The notes beneath the pieces were generated by a model. The model saw only the letters and a list, made by a program, of their open reading frames with translations, ran no database searches and was not told where the DNA came from. This document shows, one piece after another, positions 50,947 to 64,000 of a stretch of 64,000 nt of DNA. Numbering within the stretch: position 1 is the stretch's first letter; every line of letters begins with the position of its first letter. This DNA is from Camelus ferus (lineage: Eukaryota). The stretch lies in the NCBI RefSeq assembly GCF_009834535.1, contig NC_045697.1, forward strand, positions 12,092,001 through 12,156,000, in the 5' to 3' direction. The translations under genes and the position numbers were made by a program.

Positions 50947-53900
50947 AGCAAGAAAGTAAAATTAAAGAGACATAAAAACTTGATAAAACAATTATCATGG
51001 AAATTATAGCAATAAAACAGCATATGTTATTTTTAAGTTGCAATGATAAAATACTATACCCTCTGCTTCATTTCTTACAATTGTGAAGAACATGAGAAAA
51101 GTCAGAGAACAGCATGTTGAGCAAACTAAGGTAGAAGAGATTCAGAGTTTCTGAATATTTTCAGAGAAAGAAAAGAAATCACAAGTGCATTTGAACTAGT
51201 ATTTAAAAATGTATCCCCATTAGGAATCACTTGATAACCACAGCCACAGACCGCCAATACAACAATTACTGTATGTCCCATATGTTTCACTCCCATCCTG
51301 TTTCATCCAGCTTCTACTTCTTACACAATCTACTGATACATTCTGCCACGCAAGCCAGAACAGATGAGTAACAATGGTTCAAGTCTTTCAGTTGGCCTGC
51401 TACCCTAGAAACATGAAACAATTCATTACGATACTAAATAAGAGGGATAAACCATTTTCCTTTAATAGTGATACAGTCAGGCAAGTTACCCTAGATATAT
51501 TATTTTAATGATTATATCTCTCTATATAATAGTCTATGTTGTAGCGAAAATTTGACTAGATTATTTGGAATGTTGAGTCATTTCCCATGATAGACTCTTT
51601 TTCTGGCTTCTCAACTGCTATGGCAGTTGCTATTAAGTAGTATCAAATCTGACCCAACAACGTAGTTGAGACAACACCTTATTCCTATCACAGCCATAGT
51701 CAAAAGAGTTTAGACATTATTGTCCAGAGGCAACTGTAGGGCAGTTATGGCTGAGTGTAGTACCACAAGTGTTTGCAGAACATATCCACTTGTAGAAAAT
51801 ACCCATTGTAACCAACGTAGCACACAGAGAGATACCAACATCTCTAGAGAGGCTTTAGATCTGCTAAAGCTGGGGAATTCCTGGGAACAAACAGAAAACA
51901 AAATAGAAGTGTTAAAAAGCAAACTGCGTACCAAAGAAAATCTAAATACTTCAACAATACAGTGAAGCCCAAATGAGGCTGTAAAAACTGTATTCTAAAT
52001 CAGTTAAGTTTGATAAGGACTACTACAGGATTTAAATGTATTGTTCTCTGGACATGACAAGGTCATGGAGAACATTTACCTGCTACAGTAACAGGCAGGA
52101 AGGTTAACTGAGGAGTGAGGGCTTAATACTCAACTAACAAGACTAACAATACTGCTTTCTTGCCTACTGAATATGAGCTAGCCATAAAAGCCCCTCCCAA
52201 ATGTTGCTTGCTTACTTTATTGCTTTTAATTTTAAATGGAATGAGACTCTAAACAAAATGCAAATTACTAATAACAAGCAATAATTTTTTTGCTAGAAAA
52301 ATAATGGGATAGCTACAGAGGCACAGAGCTATATTTTAACTAAAGATCACTGTTCATTCTTGTAATTAAAGTTATTAAAAATCAATTACCAAGACTCTAA
52401 TATAACTATGACATTTGGTCAGTGTAGTAAAAGAGACACTGAGAAAGAATACATATTTTCTGCTCTCTAGGAGTTAGCAATCCACTATGGAAGGATACAT
52501 TGTAAAAATTTTATATTTCTTCCAGGGGTATCTTGAGGCCCATTTGATCTTCAATTTACCCACAGGAAGTTAAAGATGACATGAGAATCAAGAGCATGTG
52601 AACTACTGTCTCTATTCTAGCTCCAGCATATCCTACTATATGACATGCTGGCTTCCTCCTTGAGACTAAGCACTGTATCTTACTCACTTACCTATTCAGG
52701 AATCTACAGTGGTACCACAACAAGGTAACTCAATAAATTTCATAAATAAATGATACTCCGCTTTTTAAATTTTTTCTTTTTTTTAAATTCATTTTATTCT
52801 TATTATTTTTTTACAGGGCATAGATAGAGCAAGAATGAGAAAATATTCCTTTCCTCTCTTGCACTTCACACCAAAAGGAACTGAACGGTCACTGAAAGGA
52901 ATTATTAAAGAAAACTGATCTTTTTTTTTCTGAAAGTCTTATGAGCTAGTTGGTTCAAAGGCAGGCAAGAATGAAGACTTAGACATAGCTCATGCTGCTT
53001 TCACTGTGGTTTACTATGTCACTACTGAACGTGCACTGCGAAGGATAAACACAAAATCAAGGATCAGATAAGGAGACATGTGCTTCCTGAAGCTTCTTTT
53101 TATTCCACAGATTTGACAGTCTCAACTGTCCGTGTGTAATGAGGAATCCGTCAGGTTAGAGGAACATGGAGAATACAGAATCGCAGGATTTCTCCCTTTT
53201 ACAACATTTAAGGGTTTTTTTGGGGGGGGGAGGGTAAGAGGGATAGAACCACATTATCATAGGAATTCATAACATTATCATAAAAGGAACTCTTGCTGTA
53301 CCCCAGTATACTTTCAAGTTTCATTTCTTAAAGCCTACATGAAGTTTTAGTAAAAGTCATGGCCTACCACAGCTTAATGTAGCTATTTAAGCCTTTTGCC
53401 CATCCTAACCATTCTTGTTCCTTGTTTTTTGTTTTTTGTTTTTTTTTTGCCTCTTTGAAGCCATGAACTGACCACAGTATTTGTGAATTTCCTAGCCTTG
53501 TTAAAACAAAAGTCCAACTCCCCTGTGATTACAACTTTCCTTATTAGACTTTTTTTAGCAATTAAATATTCTTCATAAGTTCAGTTCACCAATTCTGGAC
53601 TTCAGAAAAATCAGTTTCTAAAATATTCCTTCAGAATAGAGTTCTTCAAATTCTGATGGATATTCACCTCACCAACTTACAAAATTGAGAACACACCTTA
53701 AAAACATGTGTATTATTTATAAATTACATAGCCACATTCTTATTATGAGCCAAACAACTCAAAGCACTGCACATATTTGGAAAAGGGTTCATTAATGATA
53801 TAATTTTTAAATGCCATTTTTCAAACTTAATTCAGACAAAAATACATAGTAGAATATGTATATCCATTTAACTGGGCCATATAAGCTGCGATGTATCACA

Positions 53901-54089
53901 ACACTTAGATTGCAAACCAAAGAATAAGGGCCTCATTATCAATCCCTCCTTGTTTGAGGAACGGAGCTCTCACTCTTCTCCCAGGACACTAAGTCTCCTT
54001 TATATGACAGGACTTCTGATATAAAGCCCAAGTAAGGATGCCATTGTCAGTCTATTCATCAAAGATCTGAAATGGTTAACTTACTTTTT

Positions 54090-55285
54090 ATTTTTATTAT
54101 GTTTTTAAAAATATTTTGAATTTTGAAGTAATTTTAGCCTACAGAAAAGTTTCAAAAGCAGCACAAAGATTTCCTTTTTGTTTGTTTGTTTTTTGTTTTT
54201 AGCTTTTTTGTGGGGGGAGGGTAATTAGGTTTGTTTATTTATTTATTTTTAGAGGAGGTACTGGGGATTGAACCCAGGACCTCGTGCATGCTAAGCAGGT
54301 GCTCTACCACTTGAGCTATACCCTCCCTCAAAAGATTTCCTATATATTCTTTTCCCAGCTTTTTCTTAATGTTAACATTCTATAAAACCAATTATCAAAA
54401 CCGAGAAATTTACATCAGTATAATACTATTAACTAAACTATAGATTTTATTTGAAATTCATCAATTTTTCCACTAAGGTCCTTTTTCTGTTCCAGAATCC
54501 AATCCAGGATCCCATTTAGTAGTCATGTTTCCTTAGACTTCTCTAATCAGTCAATGTTCCTGTTTTTCCTTGTCTTTCATGATACTGATATTTTAGATGA
54601 GTACTGGTCAGTTATTTGAGAGAAAATGTTCCTCAACATATCTGATGCTTTCTCATGATTAGTTCAAAGGTATGCATTTTTGGCTACAGAAGTGATGTGC
54701 CTTTCTCAGTGTATGACATCAGTGCACCAGTAAGACTGGGTATGTTTTATTACTGGTGATACTACCCTGGGTCACTTGGTTAAGTTGGTGTCTCCTGGGT
54801 TTCCGTACTGTAAAACTACTATTTCTCTCTTTGTAACTAATATATTAGGGAAGATACTCTTAGAGCATGCAAGTACTCTGTTTCTCATCAACCTTTTGCC
54901 CACTAATGCTAGCACTCATTGGTGGATGCAGTAATTGTCACTGTGGAGTTCTAAGGCTGATTTTCATTTCCTGCATTCCTTCTACATTTTTAAATGGAAA
55001 TTCTTCTGTAAGAAAGAGCTGTCCCTTCTTCCTCATTTATTTATAACAGTATGAAAACATAGATATTGATCTTATCCCATAGGTATTTATTTTTTCGCTC
55101 AAATTGTTCCAGTTTTGGCCATAGCAGCTCTTTCAGGTTGGTACCTGTGTCCTACCAGCCTACTTCTTTCGAGACTTCCTTACTTTCTTGGCATCACAAA
55201 ATGCTCCAAACTCATTTTATACTTTCCCAGCCCCAGCTATGGAAGCAACCACTTCTCAAGAAGCCTTGGTTCCCTTTATTGGAGA
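54090..55285 (-). mobile_element. L1MC4/5-like 3' UTR fragment (host of the SINE)
   Basis: ttttgaagtaattttagcctacagaaaagtt, ctgttccagaatccaatccaggatccc and gctcaaattgttccagttttggccatagcagctctttcaggttgg. Confidence 0.8.
54176..54330 (-). mobile_element. tRNA-derived camelid SINE (Vic-1 type)
   Basis: Minus strand GAGGGAGGGTATAGCTCAAGTGGTAGAGCACCTGCTTAGCATGCACGAGGTCCTGGGTTCAATCCCCAGTACCTCC with A and B boxes, then AAATAAACAAACCTAATTACCCTCCCCCC and an A-rich tail. Perfect TSD aaagatttcct (54165-54175 / 54331-54341). Confidence 0.9.
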
Positions 55286-56110
55286 AATCTTGTTTTATTA
55301 AGGATGTAGATCAATGTAGAATTCTTGCACTTCAGTGGATTATCTTATTTAATCTCTGACTACATGTACACATGATTTTGGACAGCACGGTTTTACAGTA
55401 CTGCTCCGTACAATTTTTTTTTTTTTGCTCCAACAAAATACTCAACAATAATGAAAGAACACTCATTAACAATCTAAAACATTTCCAGAGCTAAAAAGGA
55501 TTAAGTCAAAGAAATGGATGTAACAGGAAGAATCACAGACTTCATATTATCCCTGGGTTTATCTCTATAACATTCTAGACATTGTAACTCCAATAACTCC
55601 AATAAACAATGATGCCAGAGGTATACAACATACCCTAATCTAGGTAGCAACTGACCAGTACTCCACCAGAGTGCTTATTCTACAAACAAACCTCAACAAC
55701 ATCAACCAGTATTGCCAGAACAATAAGTGTGCTTTTTAAGAAAAACAAAAATGGATAAAGACTCATGAAAAAAAAATAGCAAGCTTTTAATATGGGCCCA
55801 CAGATGGTTCTGCAGAACTCTTCTATTTTGTGTTGAAAAATGAGATACATGCAAAGTAAATAAGGATGCTCTAGGCCACCCAAAAGGTTTTGGAGTTCAG
55901 GCAATACCAGAAAATTAGAGTACATGATCAGACTCACTAGCATATTTGGTTAGTATCATGGTTCCAGCTACTCAACAGAAACAATGTAATCTGACTTAGT
56001 GTATTTAAGACAGAAGCAATCCTAAAGCAGGATACTGTAACATCTGCTGGCCTAAAAAAAATTTTTTTTTCTTATATATACATAAAAGTATTTTAATATT
56101 TCTTGTCACT

Positions 56111-57505
56111 ATAAAGGAGGCAAGAATATACAATGGAATAAAGACAGTCTCTTCAGAAAATGGTGTTGGGAAAACTGGACAGCAGCCATGTAAATCAATG
56201 AAGCTAGAACACTCCCTTACACCATACACAAAAGTAAAGTCAAAATGGATCAAAGACTTAAACTTAAGACAAGATACAATAAACCTCCTAGAAGAAACTA
56301 TAGGCAACCCATTATCTGACATACATCTCAAAAATGTTCTCCTAGGGCAGTCTACCCAAGCAATAGAAATAAAAGCAAGAATAAACAAATGAGACCTAAT
56401 TAAACTTACAAGCTTCTGCACAGCAAAGGAAACCATGAGTAAAACAAATGACAACCTATGGAATGGGAGAAAATTTTTGCAAATGAAACCAACAAAGGCT
56501 CGATCTCCAGAATATATAAGCAGCTCATACAACTTAATAAGAAAACAACAAACAACCCAATCCAAAAATGGGCAGAAGACCTAAACAAGCAATTCTCCAA
56601 GGAAGAAATACAAATTATCAATAGGCACATGAAGAAAATGCTCAATATCACTAATTATCAGAGAAATGCAAATCAAAACTACAATGGGGTATCACCTCAC
56701 ACCAGCTGGAATGGCCATCATTTAAAAGTCCACAAATGACAAATGCTGGAGAAGCTGTGGAGAAAACGGAACCCTCCTACACTGCTGGTGGGAATGCAGT
56801 TTGGTGCAGCCACTGTGGAAAACAGTATGGAGATAACTCAAAAGACTAGGAATAGACTTATCATATGACCCAGGAATCCCCCTCCTGGGCATATATCCAG
56901 AAGGAACCCTACTTCAAAAAGACACCTGCACCCCAATGTTCACAGCAGCACTATTTACAATAGCCAAGACATGGAAACAGCCTAAATGTCCATCAACAGA
57001 TGACTGGATAAAGAAGAGGTGGTATATTTATACAATGGAATACTACTCAGCCATAAAAACCAACAACATAATGCCATTTGCAGCAACATGGATGTTCCTG
57101 GAGAATGTCATTCTAAGTGAAGTAAGCCAGAAAGAGAAAGAAAAATACCACATGAGATCGCTCATATGTGGAATCTAAAACAAAAAAAAACAAAGAACAA
57201 AAAAAAACCCATAAATACAAAACAGAAACAGACTCACAGACATAGAATACAAACTTGTGATTGCCAAGGGGGTGGTGGGTGGGAAGGGACAGACTGGTGT
57301 TCAAAATGTTGAACAGATAAACAAGATTACACTGTATAGCACAGGGAAATATATACAAGATCTTGTGGTAGCTCACAGCAAAAAAAAAAATGTGACAATG
57401 AATATATGTATGATCATGTATAACTGAAAAATTGTGCTCTACACTGGAATTTGACACAACATTGTAAAATGACTATAACACAATAAAAAAAGTTCAAAAA
57501 AAAAA
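56111..57505 (+). mobile_element. Young (camelid-type) 5'-truncated L1: ORF2 C-terminus plus 3' UTR
   Basis: [34 protein letters not shown] and [27 protein letters not shown]; poly(A) tail. Possible TSD ttgtcactataaag (56103-56116) / ttatcattataaag (57510-57523). Confidence 0.92.
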
Positions 57506-58229
57506 CCATTTATCATTATAAAGTACACTCTCTATTGCCCATACCTGAAGAATTAAAAAGTAAAATAATAAGTTCTTAAATAATTTATGTTTTGCTTTAG
57601 AAAATGTGACCTTTCATTACACAAATATATTCATACAAGATTTTCACTCTGTTATTAATATTTTAAAATTAGTTTTGGTTCTCTGATATTCAGAACATGG
57701 AGGGAATAAGAAAAACAGCTAACAGGATTAGCCAACTTTGAAATTTTACTTCAAAGTGTCTCATATGATTATGGAAGGCTGATTGGTGTATATGCCTATA
57801 GAACAATTTTTTCAAATATTCCTTTTCTTTTTACTTCTTGAATGTTACATAGGCTAACAATATATATCAACACATTTTAGCAAAAATTTTTCCATTTTAT
57901 TAGCTAAGAAAGTGAAGCACAAAAGTGACTTATTTGTATAAAACAAACACAAAGAATGTTGTAATTTGTATCCTATTTATGTGACAATTCTACTTCCCCA
58001 AAATATTCAGAGTATCATGTATGCTGCTGACAGTTCTGAAGTATTACTACTGCTCACTTTTGAGACTGCATGACACCTTACACCTTGATGTTAGTTACTA
58101 ATTCATGGAATCCTAAGGATAATCTTCTTAATGATTATAAGATGTAATCTGAGAACTAACCCCTAGGTGATACTCCTTTGTTGACTTAGTGTGATTCCAA
58201 GTAATTGATAATAATAATAATAAATAATA

Positions 58230-59080
58230 GTAGCAGCAGTTTTAGACAACTGAGCTCTTACATTATCTCTTCCTCCCATCCCTCCCCATCTTTATTGAGG
58301 CATAACTGGTATACAAAAAACTGCACATAAATAATGTATACAATTTGGTGAGTTTGCAAGCAGTATCTCTTTTAATCATCACAATAATCTTCTTAAGAAG
58401 TAGAATCATTCCTATTAGACAGAAATGGAAACTAGTCTTAAGGAGGTTAAAAAGTTTGCTTAAGGTCACACAAGGCTGAATAAGTTGTAGAACCAGGACT
58501 AGAACCCAGGTCTAACTAAAAACCCTGACCTCTTAACTTCTGTGCCATATTATGAATAGAACAGGTCATTTAGATGCCATTGCTTAGTTTTCTTATACAT
58601 TCAAAGCGAAAAAATTAGTGCAGTCCACCATGGGGCTACTCTTCACTGGATGCCTATATGGCACTAAGCTGGATGTTTCATTTACATTATATCAATCTTC
58701 ACAATGATATAACATCACCAAGTAAAGTAACTTGCCCAACATCACAGCTATTTAATGAATAAAACAGCAAACAACCAACCAATCTAGGTTTGACTGCATA
58801 GCCCATATTTTTTCCACCAGAAGCTACTAGTAAACACACAGTAAACGCTAAAATGTAAACCAATATCTTTTGTTTTAATAAAACTATTTTTAGTGGGTGA
58901 GGGCACACAATAGAGTATAAGCATCTATAATTATTACGCCTCTTCTGCATATGAGAAAACTAGGTCACATAAAAGAGTAAGTAGTTTATCAAAACCATAT
59001 CACTAATTCATGGTAGGGCAAGATTTGAATCCATATCTGTTCTATGGTAGAGCTTATGCTTTTGCCCTTTCTCCTTAAGA
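58230..59080 (-). mobile_element. Three consecutive same-orientation MIR fragments (~58230-58550, ~58640-58810, ~58880-59080)
   Basis: ggaggttaaaaagtttgcttaaggtcacaca…ggactagaacccaggtct; aaagtaacttgcccaacatcacagcta; gagaaaactaggtcac…ggcaagatttgaatcc. Confidence 0.7.
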
Positions 59081-61229
59081 GAGAAACATTTTAGACGACT
59101 TCATTCAAAATACTTTAAGGTGGAAAACACACACACATAACAAATCCACATGGAGAAAGGTAAGGGATCACCACTACTTAGCAATAACAAATCAGTGAGT
59201 TCCAATCAACAGAACAGTCTGAGCAGGCTGTCAATATAATGTACAACTAGCCAACTGCAAATAGTAAACTGTAATGGATAGTTCATAATGATATATAAAC
59301 TAAAAATGGTGAGATGGTAATTTACAAAACTAATTTATCACATTTCAAAGGTACAGTATCTGATCAAACTCTGCTAGAATCCTAGACTCCTTATATCTTG
59401 AGATACACAAGAGAAATTCAGAAAGAATTAATCAGCCATTGAGGTTCCAAAGGGCCACAGAAAATAAGTAATTATTTAAAAGAGAATTACAACTATTATC
59501 ATATTAAATGAGATAGAGGAAAGTTCATGTGTTAGAGTATGTTTAACAAAGTACTATCTCAACAAAAATTGCATTTGAAAAAATGACCTTTGTGTGAGAG
59601 TAAGAAACTGAAAACATCAGACTCAAAATTATGGCAAGACAGAACCTTTATAAAAGCACTGAGGCAGTAGATTGTTTCAGAGGCCGGCTTATAACTCAGT
59701 TGTTTTTTACACTAGAGTTTATCACCCATAAAACTACAGTAATATGAAGAAAATTATCAGAAAAAAAAATAGCTGACCAGCAACATACCCCTCCCCTCCC
59801 TTTTTATTTCAGTTCAAGGCACACGACTACTTTACTTCAGTCTTCAGCTAATTTCATTGGCTATCGAGTTTTGTTTTTTCCTTAAAAGGCCCTGATCTTC
59901 AGATGCTAGTACCACCCAATTTAGTATATTGGACTGTCTTAAATTTGCAGGCAGACTGCAATAGGGTTTAAAGTCTTACAGCTAAGAGAATCAAGTGCTA
60001 TTTGCAAAGATGCTTTATAAACTACAGGAGGTGTGCAGAAACTAAGCTATTAAAAAAAAGTAAGTTTATTTATCTCCTATCTCATGGTCTCTTTGGGATG
60101 TATTCTGACCAATTAGACCAGTGGACAGATACCCCATGACACGGATTTTTATTTTTCACACTTGTCATGAAATATCTGCAGTGGCATGCTGATGCATTTG
60201 GCACTTCTAGATGTAGGATTCACGGAAGAGCTTTGATTAAAAGACACTCTAAGTCAATCAGGCTTAGGAAAAAGTATCACAATAAACAATAAATGGAGTA
60301 TGAACAAACCTAGTGTATTTTTGGTTAACTTCCAGGAGTTAAAGGAAATGCTCACTGTAAAGTAAAAAGCCTTATATCTAGATAAAGAGGCTGGATTTAA
60401 TGAAGTGCACCATGAAAATGATAAAGAACTGCTAATATCACATAGTGGAGAGTTTATGATTAAGAAAAGTTTTCAACTTGATGCTCATCATTAGTCAGGT
60501 AAAGATAAAGGAGTCACAGATATCTGACATCAAATCTTTAAAAGAAACTTTACATTATGCAGATAAAATGGTTGTTGATACAACAGAGTTTGGTCATGAT
60601 ATGAGAAGACTTCTCACATCAAAGGGTAACCAGGAGCTGAAAAAGTGCAAGTGAAGCAAACTTAAATAGTTGGTCCATTTTTAGTTTTTAAGAGTCCCAT
60701 TGTTTTTTCCATGGCTTCAACTAATGGTTAAGAGCTAGTTTCACGGATTCAGACTTGGACAAACCTCAGGCATTTAATTCAGCTTTCCACTACTTCCCCA
60801 GCTCAACGTGGCTTAATATTGCTTATCACCGAACAGCAACAGGAACTAAGCCTCCATCTCTTTTATTACCATCAAACTTCAGGTAGGCAACTCTTTCATC
60901 CATTAATTAAACATTTAAAAAATGCCTTTTAAAAATTGTTTTACTGAATGCTACTGGCAATCATTAACTATCTTACATTATTTCATTAGTTATTTACATT
61001 AGAGTGCACGTTCCTTGGTCAAGTTATTTAACTGTTATTTCTTTGTATGTAAGTAAAGGAACAGAGTAAATAATCTCTAAATCCCCTACCTGCTTTAAAA
61101 TGCTGTAATTTTAGATTGGTTTTAAAAGGAAAATAAATGATCTGTAAAACTAAGGAATGGGTGTGGCAGTCACCTACCACATGTCTGATCTGTAATTTTT
61201 CAAAACTTTAACTCTTTAATTCTTGAAAT

Positions 61230-61590
61230 GTAATCCCCCTAGGATTTCTGTAGTTTGATACCTTATTTTTTCGCTTTTGCTCAAATGTTATTTGAATACT
61301 CTTTATAAGATCGCGATCCCCACCTCTAACCTGACATTCCCTATGCTCCTCTCTCCACTTTGCCTCCACAGCCCTTATATATATATTTATATCCAGCCTG
61401 TGTGTAAGGGGTGTATGCGTGTATGTATGCACATTCAACCACAAATAGACTTCACTTATTTACTGTCTGCTTCCCCTCACTAGCATACAAAAGTCCATGA
61501 AGAGAAGGATGTTTTTTGCCTTTTGTTCACTAGTACGATACCTGGCATATAGAAGGAAGCTTAGTGGATCTTTGTTGAATGAAGGGACTT
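61230..61590 (+). mobile_element. LINE-2 3' end
   Basis: ttgctcaaatgttattt…ttcccctcactagcatacaaaagtccatgaagagaagg…cctggcatatagaaggaagcttagtggatctttgttgaatgaa. Confidence 0.75.
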
Positions 61591-62434
61591 CTTTATTCAT
61601 GGACCAGCAATATGTTTTATAAAGGCCAACATGTTAGTCTTGCTTCAGGGAAAGTCATACTTCAGGGAAAGAAAGAACTAAGTTAGTAGCATTTTATAAA
61701 AGAACACATAGGTGATGACACAGCTGGTAACTTCATGAATTACTCAGAAAACCAGAGAATATTATAAAAAGATTTTTAAAATAAGTTAATAATAAACAGT
61801 TAAATAGCAAAAGTAATTGTCTATTTCTTCCACATAAAAGTGCTTTTTCCAATTTAGTACTCTGATTATTTTGAATAGCATATACAGATTACTACATTTA
61901 ATTGGATACAGGCTAATTTCACTATCTGCCATATTAGAGACAGAGCATAGGCAAGAAATATTACCTAAGGATAGATGGTAATTCAAATAATAGAGCCCCA
62001 AATAAAATTTCCTTTTTTCTGAGAATTAGGTCTTCCCTCTCACCCACTAGACTATACCGTCTCAACTTAATTAGAATATGCAAATAAAAATTTTAGACAA
62101 GTCCTAAAGAATTTTATAAAGATAAATGGAAGAACCACTGCTTCCTCCAAATTTAAACTATGCCCTCAAAAGGTTATTAGAGTTGTGTAAAACCAGTGAA
62201 ACAGTAATTCAATGACTAAACATTTCTGAAAGGAATTTAGAATCTCTTATATTTTCAATATTTTTGACTGACTCCTGGAACATCTTAGAATTTTGGCACT
62301 TGCTTTTCACATGCAAGGACTCTTAAAAGATTTTGCTTTAGCATACTACTGCTATAAGTCACGGTTTTTAAAAGCTGGATAGACAATCATGATTTTAAAG
62401 CATTGCTATTGATCTTTAAAATTATTCCTTTTCT

Positions 62435-63870
62435 ACATGCACTCAATTAAGTTATTGAGTATTAACTATACCAGGTACTATTCTAGATGCTTGCGATATA
62501 GCAAAATAGACAAAATCCCTGTCTTACTGTTCTTATATTCTAGAAGTAGCAGATAACAAAGAGATGGTAAAAGAGGAGTCAGTCAGGGAAACAAATAAAC
62601 AAAAAGCAGAATGATAGGAAAGAGAGTGACTGAAAGAATTATAAACAGAATGACTGGGGCAATGGGTGGCATCTGGCCATTGGTAATGTTTGGTAATATG
62701 AAGGAGTGCAATGCTCAGGCAGAAACAGGATTCCAGGTAGAGGTAATAGCAACAGCAAGTAGGAAGACCCTGAGATGGGAATAAAGTTAGCACACTTAAG
62801 AAAAAGCAAAGAAGCCAGAGTCTGCAAAAGAATGGGCAATTAAGAGATGTGGTTAAAGAGGAGGCAGAACCAGACCATGCAGATCAAGTCCTTGATAGAT
62901 TTTTTACTCTGACATGCAAAGCCAATTAAACATTTTTGGGCAGAGGAATGTTCTGGTTAAGGCTTTAGAAATATCATTTTGCCTTCTATGAAGAAAAATG
63001 AATTGGTACGGAAGGGCAAAGGAGAAGCAGAGACACCAGTTAGGAGGCTCTTTAAGGAGTATATGTAAAAAATGAAGTGCCGTGGATTAGGATGGTAGCA
63101 AAAGAAATGTTGAGACACGGTCAGATTCTGGACAGATTTTGAAGGTAGAGCCAATGGGACTTGACTGTAGGTTGAATGTGGGTATAAAGGACACTGAGGA
63201 ATCAAGAAAGGCTCCAAGCTTTGGGGGCTGACCACCTGGGTCAAAAGTGATACATTTTACTAAAATGGGAAAGACTAGGGCAGAGGAAAGTTTCGTTGAG
63301 AGTAAAATCAACTGTTCTGTTTTAGTCAGGTCATTCTGAGATGCCTATCAGATATTCTAGTAAAGAAAGATATAAGAAAGAAGACATGATATAAGATCAA
63401 GTAGACAGATATAAGAGAGTAAAGCTAGAGGAAAGATTAGGATTAGATGTAATTCTATAATATGCAGATGTCATCAGCACGTACATTATAATTAAATCCA
63501 CTGGACAAAATGAGGCCATCAAGTAAGAGAAGGTATAATGGGAAGAACGACAGCTGAGGACTAACTCCTGGGCTCTTCAATATTTAAAGGTCAAGAAGAT
63601 AAAAATCAGCAAGAAGCATATGAAAGAAGTTATCTGCAAGAAATAGGAAAAAGAAATTAAAAGAATATAATTTCCTAGAAACCAGGATTAAGGAAGTGAT
63701 CAATTCTATCAAATGATGCTGAAAGCCTGAATAAGTTGAGAATTGATAACTTTCTTCTGAGTAGTACAAGATGGAATTACCAATGAAATTGATAAAAACA
63801 ATTTCAGTGGAATAGTAGGAAAGAAAGTTTAATTGGGATGGGTTGAAAAGACAAGGAGAGTTGAGAAGTG
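62435..63870 (-). mobile_element. LINE-2 (about 1.4 kb 3' portion)
   Basis: ttattgagtattaactataccaggtactattctag, ggagaagcagagacaccagttaggaggct, cagattctggacagattttgaaggtagagcc and gctgaggactaactcctggg. Confidence 0.85.
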
Positions 63871-64000
63871 AAGATGGTAAAAGTATAGAAAGAACAAATA
63901 TTTATTAAACATCTACCAAATGTCAGATGCTTCAGATATATCAGTCAGTAAAAATAAAAAAATCCAATTCTTCATAGTGTTTATATTCTAGCAGGAAGAA

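Larger units (their letters stand above)
1..64000 (-). other. LCORL: Window lies within the LCORL transcription unit: intron upstream of the exon (17249-64000) and intron downstream (1-16996)
   Basis: The exon is internal, with both splice sites. I did not find the neighbouring exons as I recall them (…NALFRKK and DGVLDLST…) in the window, so both flanks are inferred to be intronic. Confidence 0.85.

Noticed and set aside
54250..54330. tRNA-like sequence as a tRNA gene
   Set aside because: It is the head of a SINE, followed by the SINE tail and bounded by a TSD.
56005..56565. Longest ORF (186 aa) and similar hydrophobic ORFs such as 39093-39467 and 43107-43409
   Set aside because: These are antisense translations of L1 ORF2 sequence, a well-known artefact.
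1..64000. Prokaryotic-style systems (CRISPR array, operon) or an intact autonomous retroelement or viral insertion
   Set aside because: The sequence is mammalian intron. I saw no regularly spaced repeat array, no long ORF, and every L1/MaLR coding remnant is disrupted.

Overview
AT-rich mammalian genomic DNA. It is almost entirely intronic sequence of LCORL (minus strand; NCAPG-LCORL body-size locus). The species is most likely a camelid, inferred from a tRNA-derived Vic-1-type SINE and matching young L1 3' ends. One clear coding exon is present (16997-17248, 252 nt, phase 1/1), encoding [29 protein letters not shown]...GPLDLTVNR...QQG, including the CtBP-binding PLDLT motif. The rest is mainly transposon debris: L1 elements of many ages with nested insertions, L2, MIR, a split MaLR (MLT1F-like) provirus, Tigger2a and Charlie DNA transposons, one SINE and a processed U6 snRNA pseudogene. 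Nearly all other listed ORFs are L1 fragments or chance ORFs. I see no novel multi-gene system. The best leads are a candidate 71-nt poison (PTC) exon of LCORL at 1841-1911, a probable L1 3' transduction at 44152-44436, a MIR > 5'-inverted L1 > Tigger2a nest at 18.9-19.7 kb, and a TSD-flanked poly(A)-only insertion at 4810-4847. Repeat family names come from my recall of consensus sequences, not from a database search. Boundaries of old repeats are approximate.
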